Shown here: positions 23,301 to 35,300 of the stretch, piece by piece | How the letters are laid out: the number at the start of each line of letters is the position of its first letter | Position numbering within the stretch: the stretch's first letter is position 1 | From: Takakia lepidozioides | Lineage: Eukaryota; Plantae; Bryophyta | DNA length: 64,000 nucleotides | NCBI GenBank assembly: GCA_030704615.1 | Contig: CM060731.1 | Location: 17,732,001-17,796,000 of the forward strand | Direction: 5' to 3' | Program-made: the position numbers and the translations under genes | Notes under the pieces: generated by a model | What the model was told of the DNA's origin: nothing | Databases searched by the model: none | The model's input: the letters and a program-made list of their open reading frames with translations, nothing else

Positions 23301-26300
23301 TACCAGCTGGAGGATGGCCAGTGAGGAATGCGGAGTCAACTTCCAGTGCTTTCACAGGAGTCAGCTTGGCACCAGCTGCCACAATCCATACATCAGCTTC
23401 TTGTGCTATTCAGAACATGGCTGAGAACTTGATAATTGGAGTGTGCATGGAGAGTGAAGAGGTATTGTTGAGCCTTGAGGACAGGAAAGTAGATGCAGGT
23501 GGATCTATGGTGATGAAGCCATCACCACCAGTTGCAGTGGGCAGGAAACATAGTTTGGAAGATTGTATTGCTTCCAAGCTGGTGGAGCACCAGGAGGCGA
23601 GGCTTGATAGTGAGGTAGAATCTTCCTGTTTTGTGATGTTGAAAGAATATCCGGCAACCAAGTCTGGTGTCCTATATCCCACTCTTGAAGTTGAGGAATC
23701 ACAACAGAACCCTACTGGGAGCAAGGATGTGGCCTCTAGACCAGAGTTTGCAGCATCAGACGTACAAACCATCACAACAGTTGAATGCTTGGCGAGGACA
23801 GTGGAGTCAATTTCCAATGCTTTCACAGGAGACAGCTTGGCACCAACTGCTACAACCCATACATCAGCTCCTTCTGCTATTCACGATGTGGCTGAGAACA
23901 TGATAGTTGGAGTGTGCATGGAGAGTGAAGAGGAATTGTTCAGCCTGGACGACAGGAAAGTAGACAACGGGTGTTGCGGTGGATACGAGTTGGAGGTTGC
24001 AGTTTCTGTAAGTGGTGGTGGATCTATATTGATGCAGCCATCACCACCCAATGCACTGGAAGATGACATTGATGTGAAGCTGGTGGAGCACCAGGAGAGG
24101 AGACATGAAAGTGAGTTAGAATCTTCTTGCTTTGTAGTGGTCAAAGAGTCTCCCACAACCAAGGCTGGTGTCCCAGATTGCACTCTTGATGTTGAGGAAC
24201 AACAACAGAACCCTACTGAGAACAAGGATGTGACTTCCTCTGGAGCAGTGCTTACTGTATCAGACGTGCCCACCCTCCCGGCAGTTGAATGCTCGGCGGG
24301 GACACTTGAGTCAGTAACTGCCACAACCGCTTGTAAATCAGCTTCTTCCTTTCTACAGAAAACGCCAGAGATCCTAGAAATTGGATTGCATAATGCGGCT
24401 ACAGATTTAGAAGCAGAGATGTCACTTGTCAGCACAGGATTGGAGACCGAATGGGCTGCTGTCAGATCCACAGACATAGAGAACCTGGGGCATGTTGAGA
24501 AAGCTGAGACGAGGGAAAGGTTGGGCATGGCAAAGGACACTACAGTCCTAGCTAGTACTGACAAAATGCTGACTGAGGTGGCTCTTTCATGGGCCACATC
24601 CCAGATTATGGAGGGATTAGAAGGCGAGCTGGGGAACCTTGGGGTTCTGAAGAGAGAAGAGAAAGGAGTGTTGGGCTTGCAGAGAAGGAATATAGAAGGT
24701 CAGCGTTGTGGTCAAGAGGCTGCTGGTGTTGGTGAATCGATGTTGTTGAACCCATTACTGCAAGCTACTGTTGACAGCCAACATAGTCTGGAGGATGATG
24801 GTGCTATGCAACTGGTTCATCTAGAGGATAAAGGAGAGGACAGGCAGTTACAATCCCCAACTACTTGCATGGTCCAAGGGCCACCCATTCCTAAGGCCAG
24901 TGTACCAGGTACCACTGTGGAAGATGAGCAACTGCATCATAGGTCTACTGAGACTTTACCGATTCATGCAGCATCAGCAGTACAGTCCTTGCCAGCTGGA
25001 GGGTGGCCGGTGAGGACAGCGGAGTCAACTTCCAATGCTTCCACAGGAGTCAGCTTGGCACCAGCTGCCACAATCCATACATCAGCTTCTTGTGCTATTC
25101 AGAACATGGCTGAAAACTTAATATTTGGAGTGTGCATGGAGAGTGAAGAGGAATTGTTGAGCCTAGAGGATAGGAAAGAAGACGCAGGGTGTCTTGGTGC
25201 AGAGGAGTTTAAGGTTGCAGTTTCTGTTAGTGGTGGTGGATCTATAGTGACTATAGATCCACCACTACCAGTTGCAGTGGGCAGGAAACATAGTTTGGAA
25301 GATCGTATTGTTTCCAAGCTGGTGGAGCACCAGGAGACGAGGCTTGATAGTGAGGTAGAATCTTCCTGTTTTGTGACATTGAAAGAATCTCCGGCAACCA
25401 AGTCTGATGTCCTATATCCCACTCTTGAAGTTAAGGAATCACAACAGAGCCCTACTGAGAGCAAGGATGTGGCCTCCTCTGGACCAGAGTTTGCAGCATC
25501 AGACGTACAAACCATCACAACAGTTGAATGCTTGGCGAGAACAGTGGAGTCAACTTCCAATGCTTTCACGGCACCAACTGCCACAACCCATACATCAGCT
25601 TCTTCTGCTAATCACAATGTGGCTGAGAACATGAGAGTTGGAGTGTGCATGGAAAGTGAAGAGGTATCGTTGGGCCTCGAGGATAGGAAAGTAGAGGTCG
25701 CGTGTCTTGGTGCAGAGGAGTTTGAGGTTGCAGTTTCTGTTAGTGGTGGGGGATCTATGGTGATGAAGCCATCACCACTCGTTGCAGTGGACAGGAACCA
25801 TAGTTTGGAAGATGACAGTGCTTCCAGGCTGGTGGAGCACCAGGAGAGGAGGCATGAAACTGAGGTAGAATCGTCCTGTTTTGTGATGTTGGAAGAATCT
25901 CCGACAACCAAGTCTGGTGTCCTATATCCCACTCTTGAAGTTGAGGAATCACAACAGAACCCTACTGGGAGCAAGGATGTGGCCTCCTCTAGACCAGAGT
26001 TTTCAGCATCAGACGTACAAACCATCACAACAGTTGAATGCTTGGCGAGGACAGTGGAGTCAACTTCCAATGCTTTCACAGGAGAGAGCTTGGCACCAAC
26101 TGCCACAACCCATACATCAGCTTCTTCTGCTAATCACAATGTGGCTGAGAACATGATAGTTGGAGTGTGCATGGAGAGTGAAGAGGTATCGTTGAGCGTG
26201 GAGGACAGAAAAGTAGACAGCGGGTGTTGTGGTGGACATGAGTCGGAGGTTGCAGTTTCTGTAAGTGGTGGTGAATCTATAGTGATGCAGCCATCACCTC

Positions 26301-29300
26301 CCAATGCACTGGACAGGCAACATAATTTGGAAGATGACATTGATTTGAAGCTGGTTGAGCACCAGGAAAGGAGGCATGAAAGTGAGTTAGAATCTTCTTG
26401 TTTTGTGGTAGTCAAAGAGTCTCCCACAACCAAGGCTGGTGTCCCAGATTGCACTCTTGATGTTGAGGAACAACAACAGAACCCTACTCAGAGCAAGGAT
26501 GTGGCTTCCTCTGGAGCAGTGCTTATGGTGTCAGACGTACCTACCCTCCCGGCAGTTGAAGGCTGGGCGGGGACACTTGAGTCAGCAACTGCCACAGCCG
26601 CTTGTAAATCAGCTTCTTCGTTTTTAAAGAAAATGCCAGAGATCCTAGAAATTGGATTAATTAATGTGGCTACAGGTTTAGAAGCAGAGATGTCAATTGT
26701 CAGCACAGGATCGGAGGCCAAATGGGCTCCTGTCAGATCCACAGACAAAGAGAACCTGGGGCATGTTGAGACAGCTGAGACAAGAGAAAGTTTGTTCATG
26801 GCAAAAGAGACTACAATCGTAGCTAGTACTGACAAAATGCTGACTGAGGTAGCTCTTTCATGGGCCGCATCTCAGATTCTGGAGGGATTAGAAGGCGAGC
26901 TGGGGAACCTTGGGGTTCTGAAGAGAGAAGAGAAAGGAGTGTTGGGCTTGCAGAGAAGGAATATAGAAGGTCAGCGTTGTGGTCAAGAGGCTGCTGGTGT
27001 TGGTGAATCGATGTTGTTGAACGCATTACTGCAAGCTACTGTTGACAGCCAACATAGTCTGGCGGATGATGGTGCCATGCAACTGGTTCATCAAGAGGAT
27101 AAAGGAGAGGACAGGAAGTTACAATCCCCAACTACTTGCATGGTCCAAGGGCCACCCATTCCTACGGCCAGTGCACCAGGTACCACTGTGGAAGATGAGA
27201 GACTGCAACACAGGCATACTAGAACCAAGGATTTGTTGTCTTCTTTGCCGATTCTTGCAGCATCCAGAGTACAGTCCTTACCAGCTGGAGGATGGCCGTT
27301 GAGGACAGCAGAGTCAACTTCCAGTGCTTTCACAGGAGCCAGCTTGGCACCAGTTGCCACAATCCATACATCAGCTTCTTGTGCTATTCCGAACATGGCT
27401 GAGAACTTAATAATTGAAGTGTGCATGGAGAGTGAAGAGGTATTGTTGAGCCTTGAGGACAGGAAAGTAGATGCAGGGTGTCTTGGTGCAGAGGAGTTTG
27501 AGGATGGAGTTTCTGTTAGTGGTGGTGGATCTATGGTGATGAAGCCATCATCGCCAGTTGCAGTGGACAGGAAGCATAGTTTGGAAGATCATATTGATTC
27601 CAAGCTGGTGGAGCACCAGGAGAGGAGGCATGATAGTGAGCGAGAATCTTCCTGTTGTGTAATGTTGAAAGAATCTCCAACAGCCAAGTCTGGTGTCCCA
27701 TATCCCACTCTTGAAGTAGAGGAATCACAACAGAACCCTACTGAGAGCAAGAGTGTGGCTTCCCCTGGACCAGTGTTTGCGGCATCAGACATACTAACCC
27801 TCACAACAGTTGAATGCTTGGCGAGGACAGTGGAGTCAACTGCCAATGCTTTCACAGGAGACGGCTTGGCACCAACTGCCACAACCCACACATCAACTTC
27901 TTTGGCTATTCACATTGTGGCCGAGAACATGATGGTTGGAGTGTGCATGGAGAGTGAAGAGGTATCGTTGGGCCTCGAGGACAGGAAAGTAGACGTCGGG
28001 TGTCTTGGTGCAGAGGAGTTTGAGGTTGCAGTTTCTGTAATTGGTGGTCAATCTATGGTGATGAAGCCATCATCACCAGGTCCAGTGGACAGGAAACAAT
28101 ATAGTTTGGATGATGATATTGCTTCCAAGCTAGTGGAGCACCAGGAGAGGAGGCATGAAAGTGAGTTAGAATCTTCTTGTTTTGTGGTGGTCAAAGAGTC
28201 TCCCACAACCAAGGCTGGTGTCCCAGATTTCACTCCTGATGTTGAGGAAGAACAACAGAACCCTACTGAGAGCAAGGGTGTGGCTTCCTTTGGAGCAGTG
28301 CTTACGGTGTCAGACGTAGCTACCCTCCCGGCAGTTGAATGCTCGGTGGGGACACTTGAGTCACCAACTGCCACAATGGATTGTAAATCAGCTTCTCCCT
28401 TTCTACAGAAAATGCCAGAGAACCTAGCAATTGGATTGCATAATGCAACTACAGGTTTAGGATCAGAGATGTCATTTGTCAGCACAGGATTGGAGGCCAA
28501 ATGGACTGCTGTCAGATCCACAGACAAAGAGAATCTGGGGCAACTTGAGAAGGCTGAGATGGGGGAGAGGATGGGGATGGCAAAAGAGACTACAGTCATA
28601 GTTAGTCATGACAAGATGTTGACCGAGGCGGCTCTTTCATGGGCCACATCCCAAATTCTGGATGGACTAGAAGGTGAGCTTGGAAATCCAGGGATGCTGA
28701 AGAGAGAAGAAAATGGATTGTTGAGCTTGGAGAGAAGGAAAATAGAAGGTCAGCCTTGTGGTCACGAGGATTTGGAGCTTGAAGTTTCTGCTGGTGTTGG
28801 TGAATTGGTGTTGTTGAACCCATTACTGCAAGCTACTGTTGACAGCCAACATAGTCTGGAGGATGATGATGCCATGCAACTGGTTTATAATCAAGAGGAG
28901 AAAGGAGAGGACAGGAAGTTACAATCTTCAATTACTTGCATGGTCCAAGGGCCACCCATTCATAAGGCCAGTGGTACCACTTTGGAAGCTGAGAATTTTC
29001 ATAGGCCTATGGAGAGCGAGGATTTGTTGTCTAATTCTTTACTGGCTCTCGCACCATCGGTAGTACCGACCCTACCAGCTGGAGGATGGCCGGTGAGGAC
29101 AGTGGAGTCAACTTCCGGTGTTTTCACAGGAATCAGGTTGGCACCAACTGCCACAACCCATACATCAGCTTCTTCTGCTATTCACATTGTGGCTGAGAAC
29201 TTAATACCTGGAGTGTGCATGGAGAGTGAAGAGGTATTGCTGGGCCTGGAGGACAGGAAAGTAGGGGCAGGGTGTCTTGGTCCAGAGGAGTTTGAGATTG

Positions 29301-32300
29301 GAGTTTCTATTAGTGGTGGTGGATCTATGGTGATGAAGCCATCACCACCAGTTGCAGTGGACAGGAAGCATAGTTTGGAAGATCTTATTGCTTCCAAGCT
29401 GGTGGAGCACCAGGACAAGAGGCAGGAAACTGAGCTAGAATCTTCCTGTTCTGTGATGTTGAAAGAATCTCAGACAACCAAGTCTGGTGTCCCTGCATGT
29501 TCCACTCTTGAAGTTGAGGAATCACAACAGAGCCCTACTGAGAGCAAGAATGTGGCTTCCCCTGTACCAGTGTTTGCGGCATCAGACGTACTAACCCTCA
29601 CATGCTTGGCGAGGACAGTGGAGTCAACTTCCAATGCTTTCACAGGAGACAGCATGGCACCAACTGCCACAACCCATACCTCAGCTTCTTCTGCTTCTCA
29701 CAATGTGGTTGAGAACATGATAGTTGCAGTGTGCATGGAGAGTGAAGAGGTATCATTGGGCATGGAGGACAGCAAAGTAGAGGCAGGGTGTCGTGGTGGA
29801 GACGAGTTGGAGGTTGCAAGTTCTGGTAGTGGTGGTGGATCTATAGTGATGCAGCCCTCACCACCCGATGCAGTGGACAGGCAACATAATTTGGAAGATG
29901 ACATCGATGTCAAGCTGATCGAGCACCAGGAGAGGCGGCACGAAAGTGAGTTAGAATCTTCATTTTTTGTGATGTTCAAAGAGTCTCCCGCAACCAAGGC
30001 TGGTGTCCCAGATTTCTGTCTTGATGTTGAGGAACTACAACAGAACCCTACTGATAAAGAGACTACATTCCTAGCTACTAATGACAAGATGTTGACTGAG
30101 CTCGAATCTTCCTGTTCTGTGAGGTTGAAAGAATCTCCGGCAACCAAGTCTGGTGTCCTATATCCCACTCTTGAAGCTGAGGAATCACAACAGAGCCCTA
30201 CTGAGAGCAAGGATGTGGTTTCCTTTGGACCAGAGTGTGCGGCATCAGACGGACTAACCATCACAACAATTGAATGCTTGGCGAGACCAATAAAGTCAAC
30301 TGCCAATGCTTTCACAGGAGACGGCTTGGCACCAACTGCCACAACCCACACATCAACTTCTTTGGCTATTCACAATGTGGCTGAGAACATGATGGTTGGA
30401 GTGTGCATGGAGAGTGAAGAGGTATCGTTGGGCCTCGAGGACAGGAAAGTAGATGTCGGGTGTCTTGGTGCAGAGGAGTTTGAGGTTGCAGTTTCTGTAA
30501 TTGGTGGTCAATCCATGGTGATGAAGCCATCATCACCAGGCCCAGTGGACAGGAAACAATATAGTTTGGATGATGATATTGCTTCCAAGCTAGTGGAGCA
30601 CCAGGAGAGGAGGCATGAAAGTGAGTTAGAATCTTCTTGTTTTGTGGTGGTCGAAGAGTCTCCCCCAACCAAGGCTGGTGTCCCAGATTTCACTCCTGAT
30701 GTTGAGGAAGAACAACAGACCTCTACTGAGAGCAAGGGCGTGGCTTCCTCTGTAGCAGTGCTTGCAGTGTCAGACGTACCTAGGACCCTCCCGGCAGTTG
30801 AATGCTCGGTGGGGACACTTGAGTCACCAACTGCCACAGCGGCTTGTAAACCAGCTACAGGTTTAGAAGCAGAGATGTCACTTGTCAGCACAGGATCGGA
30901 GGCCAAATTGGTTGCCGTCAGATCCACAGACAACGAGAACCCGGGGCACGTTGAGAAGGCTGAGACGGGGGAAAGGCTGGGCATGGCCAAAGAGACTACA
31001 GTCGTAGCTAGTAATGACACGATGCTGACTGAGGTAGCTCTTTCATGGGCCACATCCCAATTTCTGGAGGGATTAGAAGGCGAGCTTGGAAACCTACAGG
31101 TTCTGAAGAGAGAAGAAAGAGAAGTGTTGGGCTTGGAGAGGAGTATAGAAGGTCAGCCTTGTGGTCAAGAGAAGTTGGAGCTTGAAGTTTGTGCTGGTGT
31201 TGGAGAATCTATGGTGATGAATCCATCACTACAAGCTACTGTTGATAGCCACCGTAGGCTGGAGGATGATGGTGTCAAGCAATTGGTTAATCAAGAGGAG
31301 AAAGGAGAGGACAGGAAGTTACAATCCTCAATTACTTTCTTGCAGGTCCAAGGGCCTCCCATTCATAATGCCAGTGCACCAGGTACCACTTTGGAAGCTG
31401 AGAAATTGCACAGTAGCAAAGAGTTGTTGTGTTCATTACCAGTTTTTGCACCATCAGTAATAGCGACCCTACCAGCTGGATTATGTCTGGTAAGGACAGT
31501 GGAGTCAACTTCCAGTGCTTTCACAGGAGTTAGCTTGCCACCAACTGCCACAATTCATACATTAGCTTCTTCTGCTATTCACAATGTGGCTGAGAACTTA
31601 ATAACTGGAGTGTGCATGGAGAGTGAAGAGGTATTGGTGGACCTGGAGGACAGGAAAGTAGAGGTAGGGTGTCTTGGTGCAGAAGAGTTTGAGGTTGCAG
31701 TTTCTGTTACTGGTGGTAGATCTATATTGATCAAGCCATCACCACCACTTGCAGGTGACAGGCAACAGGGTTTGGAAGATGAGATTGGATTGAAGCAGGT
31801 TGAGCACCAGAAGAGGAGGCTTGAAAGTGAGTTAGAATCTTCATGTTTTGTGGTGGTCAACGAGTCTCCCACAACCAAGGCTGGTGTCCCAGATTTCACT
31901 CCTGAAGTCAAGGAATTACAACACAACTCTCCTGATAGCAAGGAGGTTGCTTCTTTTGGACTCAATGTTCTTGCGGTAGCAGACATAGCAACCCTCCCGG
32001 CAGTTGAATCCTCGGTAAGGACAGTTGAGTCAACTTCTTATCAATTCACAGGAGACAGATTGGCACAACCAGCCACAACAGCTCTTAAATCAGCTTCTTC
32101 GTTTGTACAGAAAATGCCAGAGAACCTAGCACTTGGATTGCATGATGCAGCTGTAGTGTTAGAAACAGCAATGTCACTTGTCAGCACAGGATTGGAGGAC
32201 AAAGGGGCTGCTGTCAAAGTCGCAGATAAACTGCTTGCTGACTTGGCACGGGAGGTAGGGGATAACTCGGGCTTGAAGACAGAGCCTACAGTCCCAGCTA

Positions 32301-35300
32301 GTAATGGGACACGGCCAGTGACTCATGCCACTGAAATGCTTCCCTCAGACACCTCTCAGATTGGACAGGAAGTTGTTGGTAGTGAAATGACGGCAATGAA
32401 GAGAGAGAAGGAAGCAGCCTTGGTGTTGGAAGAGAGCAAAGTAGCAGATGGGCCTTGTGGTCACAGGGAGGTTGGTGGTGGTGGTGAATCTGTGGTGATG
32501 AGGGTATCTTTGGCAGTTGGAGTGGAGAGGCAACAGAGTGTGAAGGATGATGGTGTTATAAGTCTGGTTGACCAACAGGATAGGACAAAGAGAAGGGAAC
32601 TAGAATCTTCACTTTGTATCGTGGTCCAAGAGTCTCCCACATCCAAGGCCAGTGCACCAGCAGACATGGCTCAGTTTGCGGATAATGTTGTGAGTTGTAA
32701 GGTTGGCAAGAGGCAGAGAGAGGCACTGGAGATAGGGGGTAACTTGGGGTTGGAAGTAGAGCCTACAGTCCTAGCTAGTAATGAGACGCTAGTGACACAT
32801 GTCAGTGAGATACTTCCCTCAGACACCTCTGAGATTGGACATGAAGTTATTTGTGAAGTAAAGGCTGAAACTGTGGTGATGAAGAGATATCTGCCAGTTG
32901 GAGTATGCAGGCAACATAGTATGGAGGATGAGGGCGTCATGAATGTGGTCCACCAACAGGATAGGAGAGAGGCAAGGGAATTAGAATCGTCAGTTTGTAT
33001 CGAGGTCCAACAGTCTCCAACATCCAAAGCCAGTGCCCCAGCAGACATGGTTCAGTTTGTGGATAATGTTGTGAAGTGCAGGCCTAGCACAAGGCAAAGA
33101 GAGGCACTGGAGACAGAGTCAAACTTGGGATTGGAAGCAGAGCCTGCAGTCCCATCTAGTGATGAGAAACTGGTGAGTCATACAGCTCAAATACTTCCCT
33201 TGGACACCTCTCAGATTGGACAGGAAGTTATTAGTAGTGAAGTGACAGCAATAAAGAAGGGTCTTGAAGGGAGCAAAGTAGCAGATGAGCTTTGTTGTCA
33301 CGGGATGGTTGGCGATGGTGGTGAATCCGTGGTGATGAAGATTTCTCTGCCAGTTGGAGAGAGTCAACATAGTCTGGAGGATGAGGGGGTCATGAATTCC
33401 GTCAACCAGCAGGAGAAGAGAGAGTCAATGGAATTAGAATCTTCACTATCTATCAAGGTCCAACAGTCTCCCACATCCGAGGTCAGTGCACCAGCAGACA
33501 TGGCGGATAATGTTGTGAGTTGTAGGCCTGGCAAGAGGCATAGAGAGGCTCTGGAAACAGGGGAAAACCTGGGCTTGGAGGCAACGCCTGCAGTCCCAGC
33601 TAGTGACGACAAACTAGTGAATTGTGGCACTGAAATACTTCCTCTCGACACCTGTCAGATTGGACAGGAAGTTATTTGTAGTGAAGTGACGGTAATGAAG
33701 AGAGAGAAGGAAGCAGCCTTGGGTCTGGAAGAAAACAAAGTAGAAGATGGGCCTTGTGTTCGTGGGGGGGTTGGTGATGGTGGTGAATCTGTGGTGATGA
33801 AGATATCTCTGCCAGCTGGAGTGGAGAGGCAACATAGTCTGGAGGATGAGGGGGTTATGTGTCAGGTCGACCAACAGGAGATGAGAGGGACAAGGGAATC
33901 TGAATCTTCACTTTGTATTAGAGTCCAAGAGTCTCCCACATCCAAGGCCAGTGCACCAGCAGTCATGGCTCTTTTTGCCGATAACGTTGCTAGTTGCAGG
34001 CTTGGCAAGAGGCAGAGAGAAGGACTGGAGATACGGGAAAACTTGGGCTTGGTGGCAGAGCCTGCAGTCCCAGCTAGTGACGAGAAACTAGTGACTCATG
34101 CCATACCTCCCTTGGATACCTCTCATATTGGACAGGAAGTTATGAGTAGTCAAGTGACGGCAATGAAGAGAGAGAAGGAACTAGCCTTGGGTCTGGAAGA
34201 GATCAGCAAAGTAGAAGATGGGCCTTGTTGTCTTGGTGGGGTTGGTGATGTTGGTGGATCTGTGTTGGTGCTATCTGTGCAGGTGGGAGTGGAGAGGCAA
34301 TCTAGTCTGGAGGATGATGGCATTATGAGTCTTGTGGTCGACCAACATGAGAGGAGAGAGTCAAGAGAATTAGAATCCTCACTCTCTATCATGGTCCAAG
34401 AGTCTCCCACATCCAAGGCCAGTGCAACAGCAGACATGGGTCAGTTTGCGGATGGTGTTGTGAGTTGCAGGCTTGCCAAGAGACTTAGAGAGGCCCTGGA
34501 GATAGGGACAAACTTGGGCTTGGAGGTGGAGCCTGCAGTCCAAGCTAGTGATGACAAACTAGTGACTAATGCCGCTGAAATACTTCCCCTGGAAACCTGT
34601 CAGATTGGACAAGAAGTTATTTGTAGTGAAGTGACTCCAATGAAAACAGACAAGAAAGCATCCTTGGGTCTGGAAGAGAGCCAAGTAGAAGATGGGCCTT
34701 ATGGTGGCGGGGAGGTTGGTGATGGCGGCGAATCTGTGGTGATGCAGCTGTCTCTGCCAGTTGGAGTGGAGAATCAACATAGTGTGCAAGATAAGGGGGT
34801 CACAAATCTGGTGGACCAACAGGAGAGGACAGAGACACGGGAATTAGAGTCCTCATGTTCTAACATGGTCCAACAGTCTCCCACATCCAAGGCCAGTGCA
34901 CCTGTAGACATGGCTCAGCTTGCGGATAATGTAGTGAGTTGCAGGTCTGGGAAGAGGCAGAGAGAGGCACTGGAGATAGGGGGTACCTTGGAAGCAGAGC
35001 CTACAGTCCGAACTAGTAATGGGAAAATAGTGACTCATGCCACTGAAATACTTCCCTTGGACAACTCTGAGATTGGACAGGAAATGATTTGTAGTGGAGT
35101 GATGGCAATGAAGAGAGAGAAGGAAGCATCATTGGGTCTGCAAGAGATCAAAGTACAAGATGGGCCTTGTAGTGGCGGGGAGGTTGGTGATGGTGGTGTC
35201 TCTCAGATTGGACAGGAAGTGATTTGTAGTGAAGTGACGGCAGTGAAGAGAGACATGGAAGCATCATTGGGTGTGGAAGAGAGCAAAGTAGAAGATGCGC

